From: an uncultured archaeon
Lineage (GTDB): Archaea > Iainarchaeota > Iainarchaeia > Iainarchaeales > JAAZKV01
NCBI GenBank assembly: GCA_964590155.1
Contig: CAZPWC010000001.1
Span: 9,651-73,650 of the forward strand
Direction: 5' to 3'
DNA length: 64,000 nucleotides
The position numbers and the translations under genes are program-made. Positions 10,031 to 18,362 of this stretch are shown piece after piece (position 1 is the first letter of the stretch; each line of letters begins with the position of its first letter). Below the pieces are notes generated by a model that saw only the letters and a list, made by a program, of their open reading frames with translations, did not search any database and had not been told where the DNA came from.

Positions 10031-10678
10031 TTACTCTTCTTTTTTAGCTAAAAGGTTTTTCAAAAACAAAGGAAGCCAACCCGCAAGAGCACCCAAAATA
10101 AACGTTAAATAAATACTTTCTTTTAGCTCTGACCAATAACGAATAGTAATAAATTGATGAACTTTGTTCGAGCCAGAATTCTGCGCCTGCGTTATAAGCT
10201 CTTGATTTATTTTACTAACTGTTTCATTACACTGCGCATCAGTTACTTCCGAAAGGCAAAAATACAAACCAACAGAAACATTTTCGCTTGTGTTTAAGCG
10301 AGCGGCTTCCCCATAATACCAAGACAAATTAATATAATACCCGGCAAATAATGCCACTAAAAGTAGTGGCAAAAGCCAAATACTTGCAGCGAATTTTGAT
10401 TCAAAATAATCATTATACCATTTTATTCCATAATAAGCAAAAACAAAACCTGCAATAGGGGCAAACCAATACATCATTGAAAACCACTGATTTAGGGGCA
10501 AAATCAAATTAACAAAAGGAACATTTGATAACCCACTTAGTGCCTGCGAAGAAAAGCAAGTCCCCCCTGACAATATATCAGTACAAGCACCGCCAAAAAA
10601 CCACAATATTAAATAAGAAATAACAAACCAAGCGAAAACAAAAACAAAAAACTGTTTTCCTTCAAAAAAATCACTCAT
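10031..10678 (-). CDS. membrane protein
   Basis: About 4 hydrophobic segments, Cys pairs in loops. Confidence 0.7.
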   Translation of the reverse strand: MSDFFEGKQFFVFVFAWFVISYLILWFFGGACTDILSGGTCFSSQALSGLSNVPFVNLILPLNQWFSMMYWFAPIAGFVFAYYGIKWYNDYFESKFAASIWLLPLLLVALFAGYYINLSWYYGEAARLNTSENVSVGLYFCLSEVTDAQCNETVSKINQELITQAQNSGSNKVHQFITIRYWSELKESIYLTFILGALAGWLPLFLKNLLAKKEE

Positions 10679-10749
10679 AAAAAAAACCTTCTAGATTAAA
10701 ATAGATTAACAAGTTTAAGCTTTTAAGCCTTGCCGAAGAAGGGATTTAT

Positions 10750-11715
10750 ATGACTGAAATAGAGCTGCCGTGGGTTGAGAAATACAGGCCAAAAAACCTT
10801 GCAGAAGTAATCGGGCATGAAGAAGTAACTCGACGTCTAAAAGGATATGTTGAGAAAAAAAATATTCCAAACATGATGTTTTCAGGGCCTGCAGGAACAG
10901 GAAAAACAAGTTCATCAATAGCACTTGCAAAAGAATTTTTTCAAAACAGTTTTGAGCAAAACTTCTTAGAACTAAACGCGTCTGATGACCGTGGAATTGA
11001 TGTTGTAAGAAACACTATCAAAGATTTTGCAAGAACACTGGCATTTGACTCTGGATTTAAAATAATATTTTTGGATGAATGCGACGCACTAACACAAGAC
11101 GCACAACAAGCGCTAAGAAGAACAATGGAAAAATACACAAAAACGTGCAGATTTATTTTGTCATGCAATTATTCTTCAAAAATAATTGAGCCAATACAAT
11201 CAAGATGCGTTATATACAGATTCAGACCTTTAGGCGCAAAAGAAGTTGACAAACAAGTAGAATATATTTCAGAAAAAGAAAAAATAGAGGTTGATGAAAA
11301 AGCAAAAAACGCTATTAATTATATATGCCAGGGAGACTTGAGAAAAGCAATAAATATTTTACAAGCAGCGTCAACTCTTGACAAAAAATTAACCGAAGAA
11401 ATAGTTTACACAGTCTCTTCAAGAGCAAGACCTGAACAAGTACAAGAAATGATTTTATTTGCATTAAAAGGAAAATTTATTGAAGCAAGAAAAAAACTTG
11501 ACGAACTAATGTACGAACAAGGAATGAGCGGAGAAGATGTAATCGTACAAATGTATCGCGAAACAATGGCGCTTGATGAAAAAGAACTGGAACAAAAAGC
11601 AAAAATAGAACTCATAAACACAATAGGAGAATATGACTTTCGATTAACAGAAGGAGCTAATGAACGAATACAACTTGAAGCACTACTTGCACAATACATG
11701 AAATACAAAAAGTGA
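10750..11715 (+). CDS. rfcS: replication factor C small subunit
   Basis: PWVEKYRP, GPAGTGKT, LELNASDDRGID, DECDALT, IQSRC; no intein. Confidence 0.97.
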   Translation: MTEIELPWVEKYRPKNLAEVIGHEEVTRRLKGYVEKKNIPNMMFSGPAGTGKTSSSIALAKEFFQNSFEQNFLELNASDDRGIDVVRNTIKDFARTLAFDSGFKIIFLDECDALTQDAQQALRRTMEKYTKTCRFILSCNYSSKIIEPIQSRCVIYRFRPLGAKEVDKQVEYISEKEKIEVDEKAKNAINYICQGDLRKAINILQAASTLDKKLTEEIVYTVSSRARPEQVQEMILFALKGKFIEARKKLDELMYEQGMSGEDVIVQMYRETMALDEKELEQKAKIELINTIGEYDFRLTEGANERIQLEALLAQYMKYKK

Positions 11716-11721
11716 AAGAAC

Positions 11722-12021
11722 ATGGCAAGAGCTGTTAAACCAAATAGAGAAATGCTAATAGCACAACGTGTCGGAAAGCTCACTGGTGAAGAACTATTAA
11801 GAAGAATGCGAGTAAATAATGTTAGAAGAAAAAGAAAAGTACTTGCCGCGGTAAGATTGGCTATAAAAAACGGAGCTACAGGTGAAGCAGCAATGCAACA
11901 TCTCGTCCCAGTACTTAAAGCCGAATTTGGGGAAAGAGGAGCAGGCATATTTTTGAGCTTGTTTGGAACACTGTCGCAAGAAAAACTTCTTGAAGAAACA
12001 CAACGTGCATTTAGAAATTAG
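11722..12021 (+). CDS. Arg-rich hypothetical protein
   Basis: 99-aa ORF filling the gap between rfcS and thrH in operon orientation. Confidence 0.65.
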   Translation: MARAVKPNREMLIAQRVGKLTGEELLRRMRVNNVRRKRKVLAAVRLAIKNGATGEAAMQHLVPVLKAEFGERGAGIFLSLFGTLSQEKLLEETQRAFRN

Positions 12022-12029
12022 TGATCCAA

Positions 12030-12629
12030 ATGAAAATTATTTGCTTTGACTTAGAAGGAGTTCTTGTTCCTGAATTTTGGGAAGAATTTTCAAAAGCGAC
12101 AAATATCCCCCAACTAATGTTAACAACGCGTGATGAACCTAATTATGATAAACTAATGAAAATGAGAATAAAAGTGCTAAAAGAAAACAAATTTACTATA
12201 GAAAAAGTACATGAAATTGTTGCGAAAATGGAGCCCTTAGAAGGAGCACACAAATTTATGGATTGGGTAAAAAGCGTGGCACAACCATGCATACTTACAG
12301 GAAGCTACTATGACTATATCACTCCACTCGTTGGAAAAATAGGTTACCCATTTATGTTCGCCAATTCGCTCAAAATTGACGCACAAGGAAATATTTTGGA
12401 TTACAAATTAAGAGAAGAGGACGGCAAAGTCGAACAAATAAAAAGATTTAAAGAAGCAGGATTTGAGGTAATTGCTGTTGGAGATTCATTCAATGACTTA
12501 AAAATGTTAAAAGAAGCCGACATAGGAATATTATTTAAAGCATGTAAACCATTAAAGGAACAAGAAAAGGAATTAGCTTCTGCTGAAAATTATGACGAGC
12601 TAAAAAACATAATTGAGAAACATTTGTAA
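12030..12629 (+). CDS. thrH: phosphoserine phosphatase/homoserine phosphotransferase ThrH (HAD family)
   Basis: CFDLEGVLVPEFW, LTTRDEPNYDKLMKMR, AVGDSFNDLKMLKEAD. Confidence 0.88.
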   Translation: MKIICFDLEGVLVPEFWEEFSKATNIPQLMLTTRDEPNYDKLMKMRIKVLKENKFTIEKVHEIVAKMEPLEGAHKFMDWVKSVAQPCILTGSYYDYITPLVGKIGYPFMFANSLKIDAQGNILDYKLREEDGKVEQIKRFKEAGFEVIAVGDSFNDLKMLKEADIGILFKACKPLKEQEKELASAENYDELKNIIEKHL

Positions 12630-12646
12630 AAATAGGGTGCGAAAAA

Positions 12647-13090
12647 ATGCCAAAATATAGAATCAGACCAGCAACTCCAATTTCTGAACGCCAAGTAATT
12701 ACACTAGTTAGAAGAACAGCAGAAGGAGTCGGGAGAGATGTTTTAAGGGAAAGAAAAACCCCGAAAAGCCCAATTGGAAGACCTGTTCCTGGAGAATTCC
12801 GCCAATTTGAGTTGCTTCGACGAAGAGTAACAGCAAGACTTACAAAAACTGCAATAATGAAAGCTCTTGGAGAAATGCACACAACAAAAAAACAAAAACA
12901 ACTTGTTTGGGATGCACAAAGAAGATTTGTTCAAGACACAAAAAACCCGAACGCGGGAATTAACTTTGAAAAAGCTGTTGTGAGAGCGCTGGGAGAAAAA
13001 AAGACAAGAGAATTATTTCACAAATTTGACCAATTGATGAAAGTTCCTCGAAAAACAATGGCTGACGAACTAATGCGACATTATAACTAG
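12647..13090 (+). CDS. Arg-rich hypothetical protein (MPKYRIRP...)
   Basis: 147-aa ORF with upstream GGGTG SD-like motif. Confidence 0.7.
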   Translation: MPKYRIRPATPISERQVITLVRRTAEGVGRDVLRERKTPKSPIGRPVPGEFRQFELLRRRVTARLTKTAIMKALGEMHTTKKQKQLVWDAQRRFVQDTKNPNAGINFEKAVVRALGEKKTRELFHKFDQLMKVPRKTMADELMRHYN

Positions 13091-13092
13091 TA

Positions 13093-13776
13093 ATGCGCAA
13101 AGTAGAATATGTAAGCCTTAATAACATAAAAGCAGATAATAACTATATGCCTACAAAAAGCAGAGGCCCTTTAGAAAGATTTCTAAAACGGGTAGAAAAA
13201 AAAGTGCCGCGTTATGTTCCTGAAGGAAATCAACCATGGAACAGAAACTTGGGCAGAAGACTAATTCATTACAGAAGAGTTCACTCATTTTTACTTGAAA
13301 AATTCAAAAAAATTGGACTTCGCGGAAAAAATGTGACCCATATGGGAGCTGGAAACGGAGTGTATTGTGATTTCTTACGAAACCATTACAAAGTTAACAC
13401 GACCGCAGTAGAGCTTGATTTGGACCACGTTACTCACCAAACAAAACGCGGAATCCACGCAAACTTCATGCAAAAAATGGCTGAAAATACAGAACTTCCT
13501 ACCGCCTCACAAGATATTGTATTATCAGATTTTTTTCTTTTTGCTCATTATGATAAAATAATTAACGAACCAAGAATAATTACAGAACTCGCAAGAATAA
13601 CAAAACCAAAAGGAATAGTTATTATTGAAAGAGCGACAGCGGAAGCATTTAAGTTAATGCGTCCACTGCTTGAAAAAGAATTTGAAGTAGAAAAATATGT
13701 TGATGAATCGGAAAGTGGAGAACCGGATCTAAAATATAACGGACTAATGATAGTGCTAAGAAGAAAGGGGCACTAA
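13093..13776 (+). CDS. class I SAM-dependent methyltransferase with basic N-terminal extension
   Basis: Motif I THMGAGNG, AVELD, LPTASQDIVLS, ELARITKPKG. Confidence 0.8.
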   Translation: MRKVEYVSLNNIKADNNYMPTKSRGPLERFLKRVEKKVPRYVPEGNQPWNRNLGRRLIHYRRVHSFLLEKFKKIGLRGKNVTHMGAGNGVYCDFLRNHYKVNTTAVELDLDHVTHQTKRGIHANFMQKMAENTELPTASQDIVLSDFFLFAHYDKIINEPRIITELARITKPKGIVIIERATAEAFKLMRPLLEKEFEVEKYVDESESGEPDLKYNGLMIVLRRKGH

Positions 13777-15005
13777 AACCACTGACTCAACCTTGTTTGT
13801 TGTTTGAAGTGTTTTAACAAAAATGATTTATTTTTGTATTGAGCAATAGGAACAGTTAACTTTTTTGATAAAAAATCAAGAGCTAAATCCATTGTTGAAA
13901 AATCCAAGGGTTTTTGTTTCAACGCAGCACGAACATTTTCTCTAATCTGCCAAACACCAAGAGGAACAGCATAATCTTTTCCAATTTCTCTAAAAATAAT
14001 TGCCGCGCCATTTAATTTATTTTGTGACAAATATTCTGCAATAGCCAAGCGAGAAGCAAAATAAGCCCCTTCAGTTTCTTCAGGATAACCCTTCAACCCG
14101 GAATTAAGTTCGTGATCAGAAAGAATATTGAACTTGGTTGCATCCTTATTCCATATTCCTCCAGGAAGCCAAACTTCAATTTGCTCAAAACTCCAAGGGT
14201 AAGGCATTAATAAAACCCAAAAATTATTATCCAAATAATTTGAATTAAATAATTTGAAAGAATCAATCACTTTCCCTTGAGAAACGTGCTCATTTATTAA
14301 ATACTTTGATAAATTTGAATCAACTGCTGTTATACTCCAGCGAGTAGGAACTAATTTTCTGTTCTTCTTAACACCAAGAGAACCTGAGGAAAGAATTTTT
14401 GCAAGAGAAGAAACTGGAATCCCGCAAGAATACAATTCAATTAACGCGGTATTTGATTTTGCGGAAACATCATTATGCAAATAATCAACTTTTTGAGGAA
14501 TCTTGGAATTTTCAAGTAAAGAAATTTTATCTAGCTCTGCTGAAGGACCCATTGGCGCAGAAAAAGAATCAAAAGACAAATCCGCGCGAGGCCTTTTCGC
14601 TAAATTAACTTCTAACTCCAAAACAGAAGAAGACATTGCTACTTCTTGAAAATCAACTAACTCATAATTAGGATTTGATGCTAACGAAACCGGCATTGTT
14701 TTGTAACTACGCAACAAAGATTCGCGAAAAGAAATTATTTTTTCCTGAGACAACCCATACCACTGCTCAGGCAAATCACTAATTTCCAAAACATCTTTTG
14801 GTAACGAAGAAAGAGGAGCAACCGCAACTTTTGGATAATTCTGCCACGAAACAAAAAAACCAGGAGGGGTAGCTCCAACAAATTGATTGCCCTGCATAAA
14901 AGCAACAATATTAGAACTCTTGGATTGTTTTTCCAAAATAGGGCAATGACTTAAGCCGCACAACAATTTTCCTTTACATTTAATACACAATTCAGGAGAA
15001 ATCAT
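13773..15005 (-). CDS. nreA: Nre family DNA repair protein
   Basis: N-terminal LCIKCKGKLLCGLSHCP, LVPTRWSITAVD, VPLGVWQIRENVR, C-terminal PIP box QTRLSQWF. Confidence 0.93.
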   Translation of the reverse strand: MISPELCIKCKGKLLCGLSHCPILEKQSKSSNIVAFMQGNQFVGATPPGFFVSWQNYPKVAVAPLSSLPKDVLEISDLPEQWYGLSQEKIISFRESLLRSYKTMPVSLASNPNYELVDFQEVAMSSSVLELEVNLAKRPRADLSFDSFSAPMGPSAELDKISLLENSKIPQKVDYLHNDVSAKSNTALIELYSCGIPVSSLAKILSSGSLGVKKNRKLVPTRWSITAVDSNLSKYLINEHVSQGKVIDSFKLFNSNYLDNNFWVLLMPYPWSFEQIEVWLPGGIWNKDATKFNILSDHELNSGLKGYPEETEGAYFASRLAIAEYLSQNKLNGAAIIFREIGKDYAVPLGVWQIRENVRAALKQKPLDFSTMDLALDFLSKKLTVPIAQYKNKSFLLKHFKQQTRLSQWF

Positions 15006-15209
15006 TCAACACACCCAATACAACAAACAAATAGCCAAATTACACCAACACAAAAACATAAAACCGACAATAATAATAACAACTAACACAAAAATAAATC
15101 TATTCAAAATAGAGTGTAGGCAAAAAAAGCCACTATTGTCAAGGGGAAACATTTAAATTAACGAACGAAATAAACTAAGTACAATTTTACCTATAGGAAG
15201 TTGATATTA

Positions 15210-15734
15210 ATGGCTTTTAGCAGTCTTGTTGATGATGTAAAGAGAACGAACGCAAGAATGATATCGATGGGACAAAGCATTGATATCCAAAAGATGCCCC
15301 GCCCAAAAGCAGGAAGCGCATCAGCACAAAAACAAGCAATGTACACCCCTTCAGGGAGTGACCTTGAAAAAATGCTTTACCCAAGAAACTTTGCTCCGCG
15401 AGCATACACTGAAGAAAAAACAGTAAATAACACAGAAGTACTAAACAATAGCACAAAAGAAATGCTTGAAGAAATAGAAGAACAGGAACAAAAAAAGGAA
15501 GTGAAACCAAGAATGATAGGAGACGACGAAATAATTATATCAAGATCAAAACAACGCACTGATGACCGACACTGTAACATAATCAAAAACGTTGTAGTGG
15601 AATCGCAAAACGGAGTATACTCTCCAGCAACGTGGAAAAATTGCCGGTATATGAAAGAAGACGGCGGAAGAGTATTTTGCAGAGAATACCTCTCTTTGTG
15701 TGCAAAAGAAAAATGCGGAAGAGCAAGAAAATAA
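15210..15734 (+). CDS. hypothetical protein with Cys-rich C-terminus
   Basis: ORF with AGGAAG SD-like motif; five Cys in the last ~55 aa. Confidence 0.65.
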   Translation: MAFSSLVDDVKRTNARMISMGQSIDIQKMPRPKAGSASAQKQAMYTPSGSDLEKMLYPRNFAPRAYTEEKTVNNTEVLNNSTKEMLEEIEEQEQKKEVKPRMIGDDEIIISRSKQRTDDRHCNIIKNVVVESQNGVYSPATWKNCRYMKEDGGRVFCREYLSLCAKEKCGRARK

Positions 15735-15911
15735 GTGTAAAAAATATTACACTTATTTTTGTATTATTTATAAATACCCTAATGAAGCTAATTTGTCATG
15801 GACGTAGTTATTTCAATCAAAGTTCTTACAACAACCACTACGACCACTCAATGAGCCCAAAAACCAATTTAAAAGGTTTTTGAGCAGAATTTTTATTAGG
15901 AAAGATAACAC

Positions 15912-17654
15912 ATGGGCAATGAAGAAAAAGAGCAAAATGACAAAATGTGGCACACAGCCGCACACGTATTTGCTTCAGCACTAACTGAATTATACCCTAA
16001 CGTAAAACTTGCAATTGGGCCTCCAATAGAACAAGGATTTCACTACGACTTTGATTTAGACGAACAAATAGATGAAGAAAAATTGGCGAAAATAGAAAAG
16101 AAAATGAAAGAAATATTAAAGAAAAAAGAAAAAATGGAACAAAACTTTTTAACAATAGGGGATGCGTTAGAAGCATTCAAAAATAACCCTTACAAAATAG
16201 AAATGATACAAGATCTAAAAAAAGAAGGGGAAAAAGAAATCTCTACTTTCACTACAGGAAAATTTTTTGACATGTGCAAAGGACCACACTTAGAAAGTAC
16301 AAAAGACATAGGTGCGATAAAACTACTAAAAATCAGCGCGGCTTACTGGAAAGGAAATGAAAAAAATAAATCACTGCAAAGAGTTTACGGAATTGCTTTT
16401 AAAACACAAAAAGAACTTGACGAATGGATTGAAATGCGAAAAAAAGCAGAGGAAAACTCTAATGTGAAGTTAGGAAAAGAACTTGACTTATACATGATAA
16501 GCGAAAACGTTGGAAAAGGATTGCCAATATGGTGCCCTAATGGAACAATGCTAAGAATGCAACTACAAGACTTTTTAACAAAAGAACAAATCAAACAAGG
16601 ATATTCTTTTATGATAACACCGCACATCGGAAAAAGTGAGCTATTTGCAAAATCAGGACACTTAAAAAATTATAAAGAAATGATGTACGCGCCGATAAAA
16701 ATTGATGAAGAAGAATATTACCTAAAACCAATGAACTGTCCGTTCCACATACAATATTATGCGAAAAACCAAAGAAGTTATCGTGATTTACCAATAAGGT
16801 TAAGCGAAATGGGAACTGTTTATCGATATGAAAAGAGCGGAGAACTTTCAGGACTATTAAGAGTAAGAGGATTTACACAAGACGACGCACATATTTTCTG
16901 CACACCAGAACAAGTAAAACAAGAATTTAACAGCGTGTTTGATTTATTAGTTAAAGTCTTATCAACACTAAAAATAAATAATTTTAGGGTTAGAGTCGGA
17001 ACAAGAGACCCTACGAGCGACAAATATGTTGGGACTCCAGAACAGTGGGAAAGAGCAACAAAAGAAATAATTGAAGTGCTAAAAGAAAGGAAATTAAACT
17101 TTGAAGTAAATCCCGGAGATGCTGCATTTTACGGACCAAAAGCAGACATTATTGTAAAAGATGCTCTTGGAAGAGAATGGCAAACAGGAACAATCCAACT
17201 CGATTATAATCTTCCTGAAAGATTTGAATTAGAATACATTGGGGTAGATGGACAAAAACACGAACCAGTAATGATACATCGAGCGCCATTTGGTTCATTT
17301 GAAAGATTTACTGGAATAATAATAGAACACTTTGGAGGAGCTTTCCCAACTTGGCTATCTCCAGAACAAGTAAAAATAATCCCAATTTCAGAAAAATTTA
17401 TTGAGTACGCAAAAAAAGTACAAGCACAATTAATGGGTGCTGAAGTTAGGGTAAAACTTGATGATAGAAACGAAACTTTAGGTTATAGAATAAGGGATGC
17501 GCAAAAAGAAAAAGTTCCTTACATTGTTGTTGTAGGCGCAAAAGAAGAAGAAACAGGAAAAGTTGCCATAAGACCAAGAGAAGGGGAACAACAAGTAGTG
17601 AGCATAGAAGAATTTATTGAAAAAATAACTAAAGAAATAAAGGAAAAAAGATAA
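15912..17654 (+). CDS. thrS: threonyl-tRNA synthetase (bacterial-type editing domain, no TGS domain)
   Basis: HTAAHV, DMCKGPH, LKPMNCP, RVRGFTQDDAH, AFYGPK, IHRAPFGSFERF. Confidence 0.97.
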   Translation: MGNEEKEQNDKMWHTAAHVFASALTELYPNVKLAIGPPIEQGFHYDFDLDEQIDEEKLAKIEKKMKEILKKKEKMEQNFLTIGDALEAFKNNPYKIEMIQDLKKEGEKEISTFTTGKFFDMCKGPHLESTKDIGAIKLLKISAAYWKGNEKNKSLQRVYGIAFKTQKELDEWIEMRKKAEENSNVKLGKELDLYMISENVGKGLPIWCPNGTMLRMQLQDFLTKEQIKQGYSFMITPHIGKSELFAKSGHLKNYKEMMYAPIKIDEEEYYLKPMNCPFHIQYYAKNQRSYRDLPIRLSEMGTVYRYEKSGELSGLLRVRGFTQDDAHIFCTPEQVKQEFNSVFDLLVKVLSTLKINNFRVRVGTRDPTSDKYVGTPEQWERATKEIIEVLKERKLNFEVNPGDAAFYGPKADIIVKDALGREWQTGTIQLDYNLPERFELEYIGVDGQKHEPVMIHRAPFGSFERFTGIIIEHFGGAFPTWLSPEQVKIIPISEKFIEYAKKVQAQLMGAEVRVKLDDRNETLGYRIRDAQKEKVPYIVVVGAKEEETGKVAIRPREGEQQVVSIEEFIEKITKEIKEKR

Positions 17655-17692
17655 ACCTAAATATATCTAACATTACTACTATAACGATTGAT

Positions 17693-18286
17693 ATGTTACG
17701 CCGACTAGAAACCTTGACAAACGCTGAACTCGCACAACTAAAAGTGCGTTTAGGTGGCAAACCTGTTTTAGTTATTGTTCACCCTTTTTATGACGGCCAA
17801 GGAAAAAGCTTTCAAGAATTCGTCGCAGGTTCAAAAGCACACAACAAGATAATTATTATCGGAGAAGAGCACCAACAAAGACAAGCAACAGAAACTGAAC
17901 TTGAAAAAGCATGCTCGCATAATAAAGCAACCCTCCTTACATACTCAACAAAAACAACGTGCGGAACACCAATAATGGGTTGGCAAAAGCTGTTAAGACG
18001 ACTCGAATTAATGGGGGTAAAACGAGTTGTTCTCGGCGGAAATCATATTAAAGAAGAAAGTGTTAACACCCCAATATTCTGGAAAAGCATACTTTTAGGA
18101 ATAGAAAAAAATAGAAAATTAAACAAAAAAGAGAGAGAAAAACTAAGTACACAAAGAATGCTTCTACGCGCAGCAAAAGCAAGAAAAGCAGAGCACGTGT
18201 TAAGATACTGCGCAGGCTTCACTGCATCAAAACTTGCTGCGAGTGGCAAATTTAAAGTAAAAATGACTCGACATTTTTCTCGATAA
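17693..18286 (+). CDS. basic hypothetical protein, possible cysteine-hydrolase-like fold
   Basis: VLVIVHPFY, VVLGG and a late Cys; Arg/Lys-rich. Confidence 0.6.
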   Translation: MLRRLETLTNAELAQLKVRLGGKPVLVIVHPFYDGQGKSFQEFVAGSKAHNKIIIIGEEHQQRQATETELEKACSHNKATLLTYSTKTTCGTPIMGWQKLLRRLELMGVKRVVLGGNHIKEESVNTPIFWKSILLGIEKNRKLNKKEREKLSTQRMLLRAAKARKAEHVLRYCAGFTASKLAASGKFKVKMTRHFSR

Positions 18287-18362
18287 AAAAACCCAAAAAG
18301 CAAACCCTTTTTTCACACAAGCAAACTTTAAATAATCAAAAAAACCTAATTCTAGCGATAGA

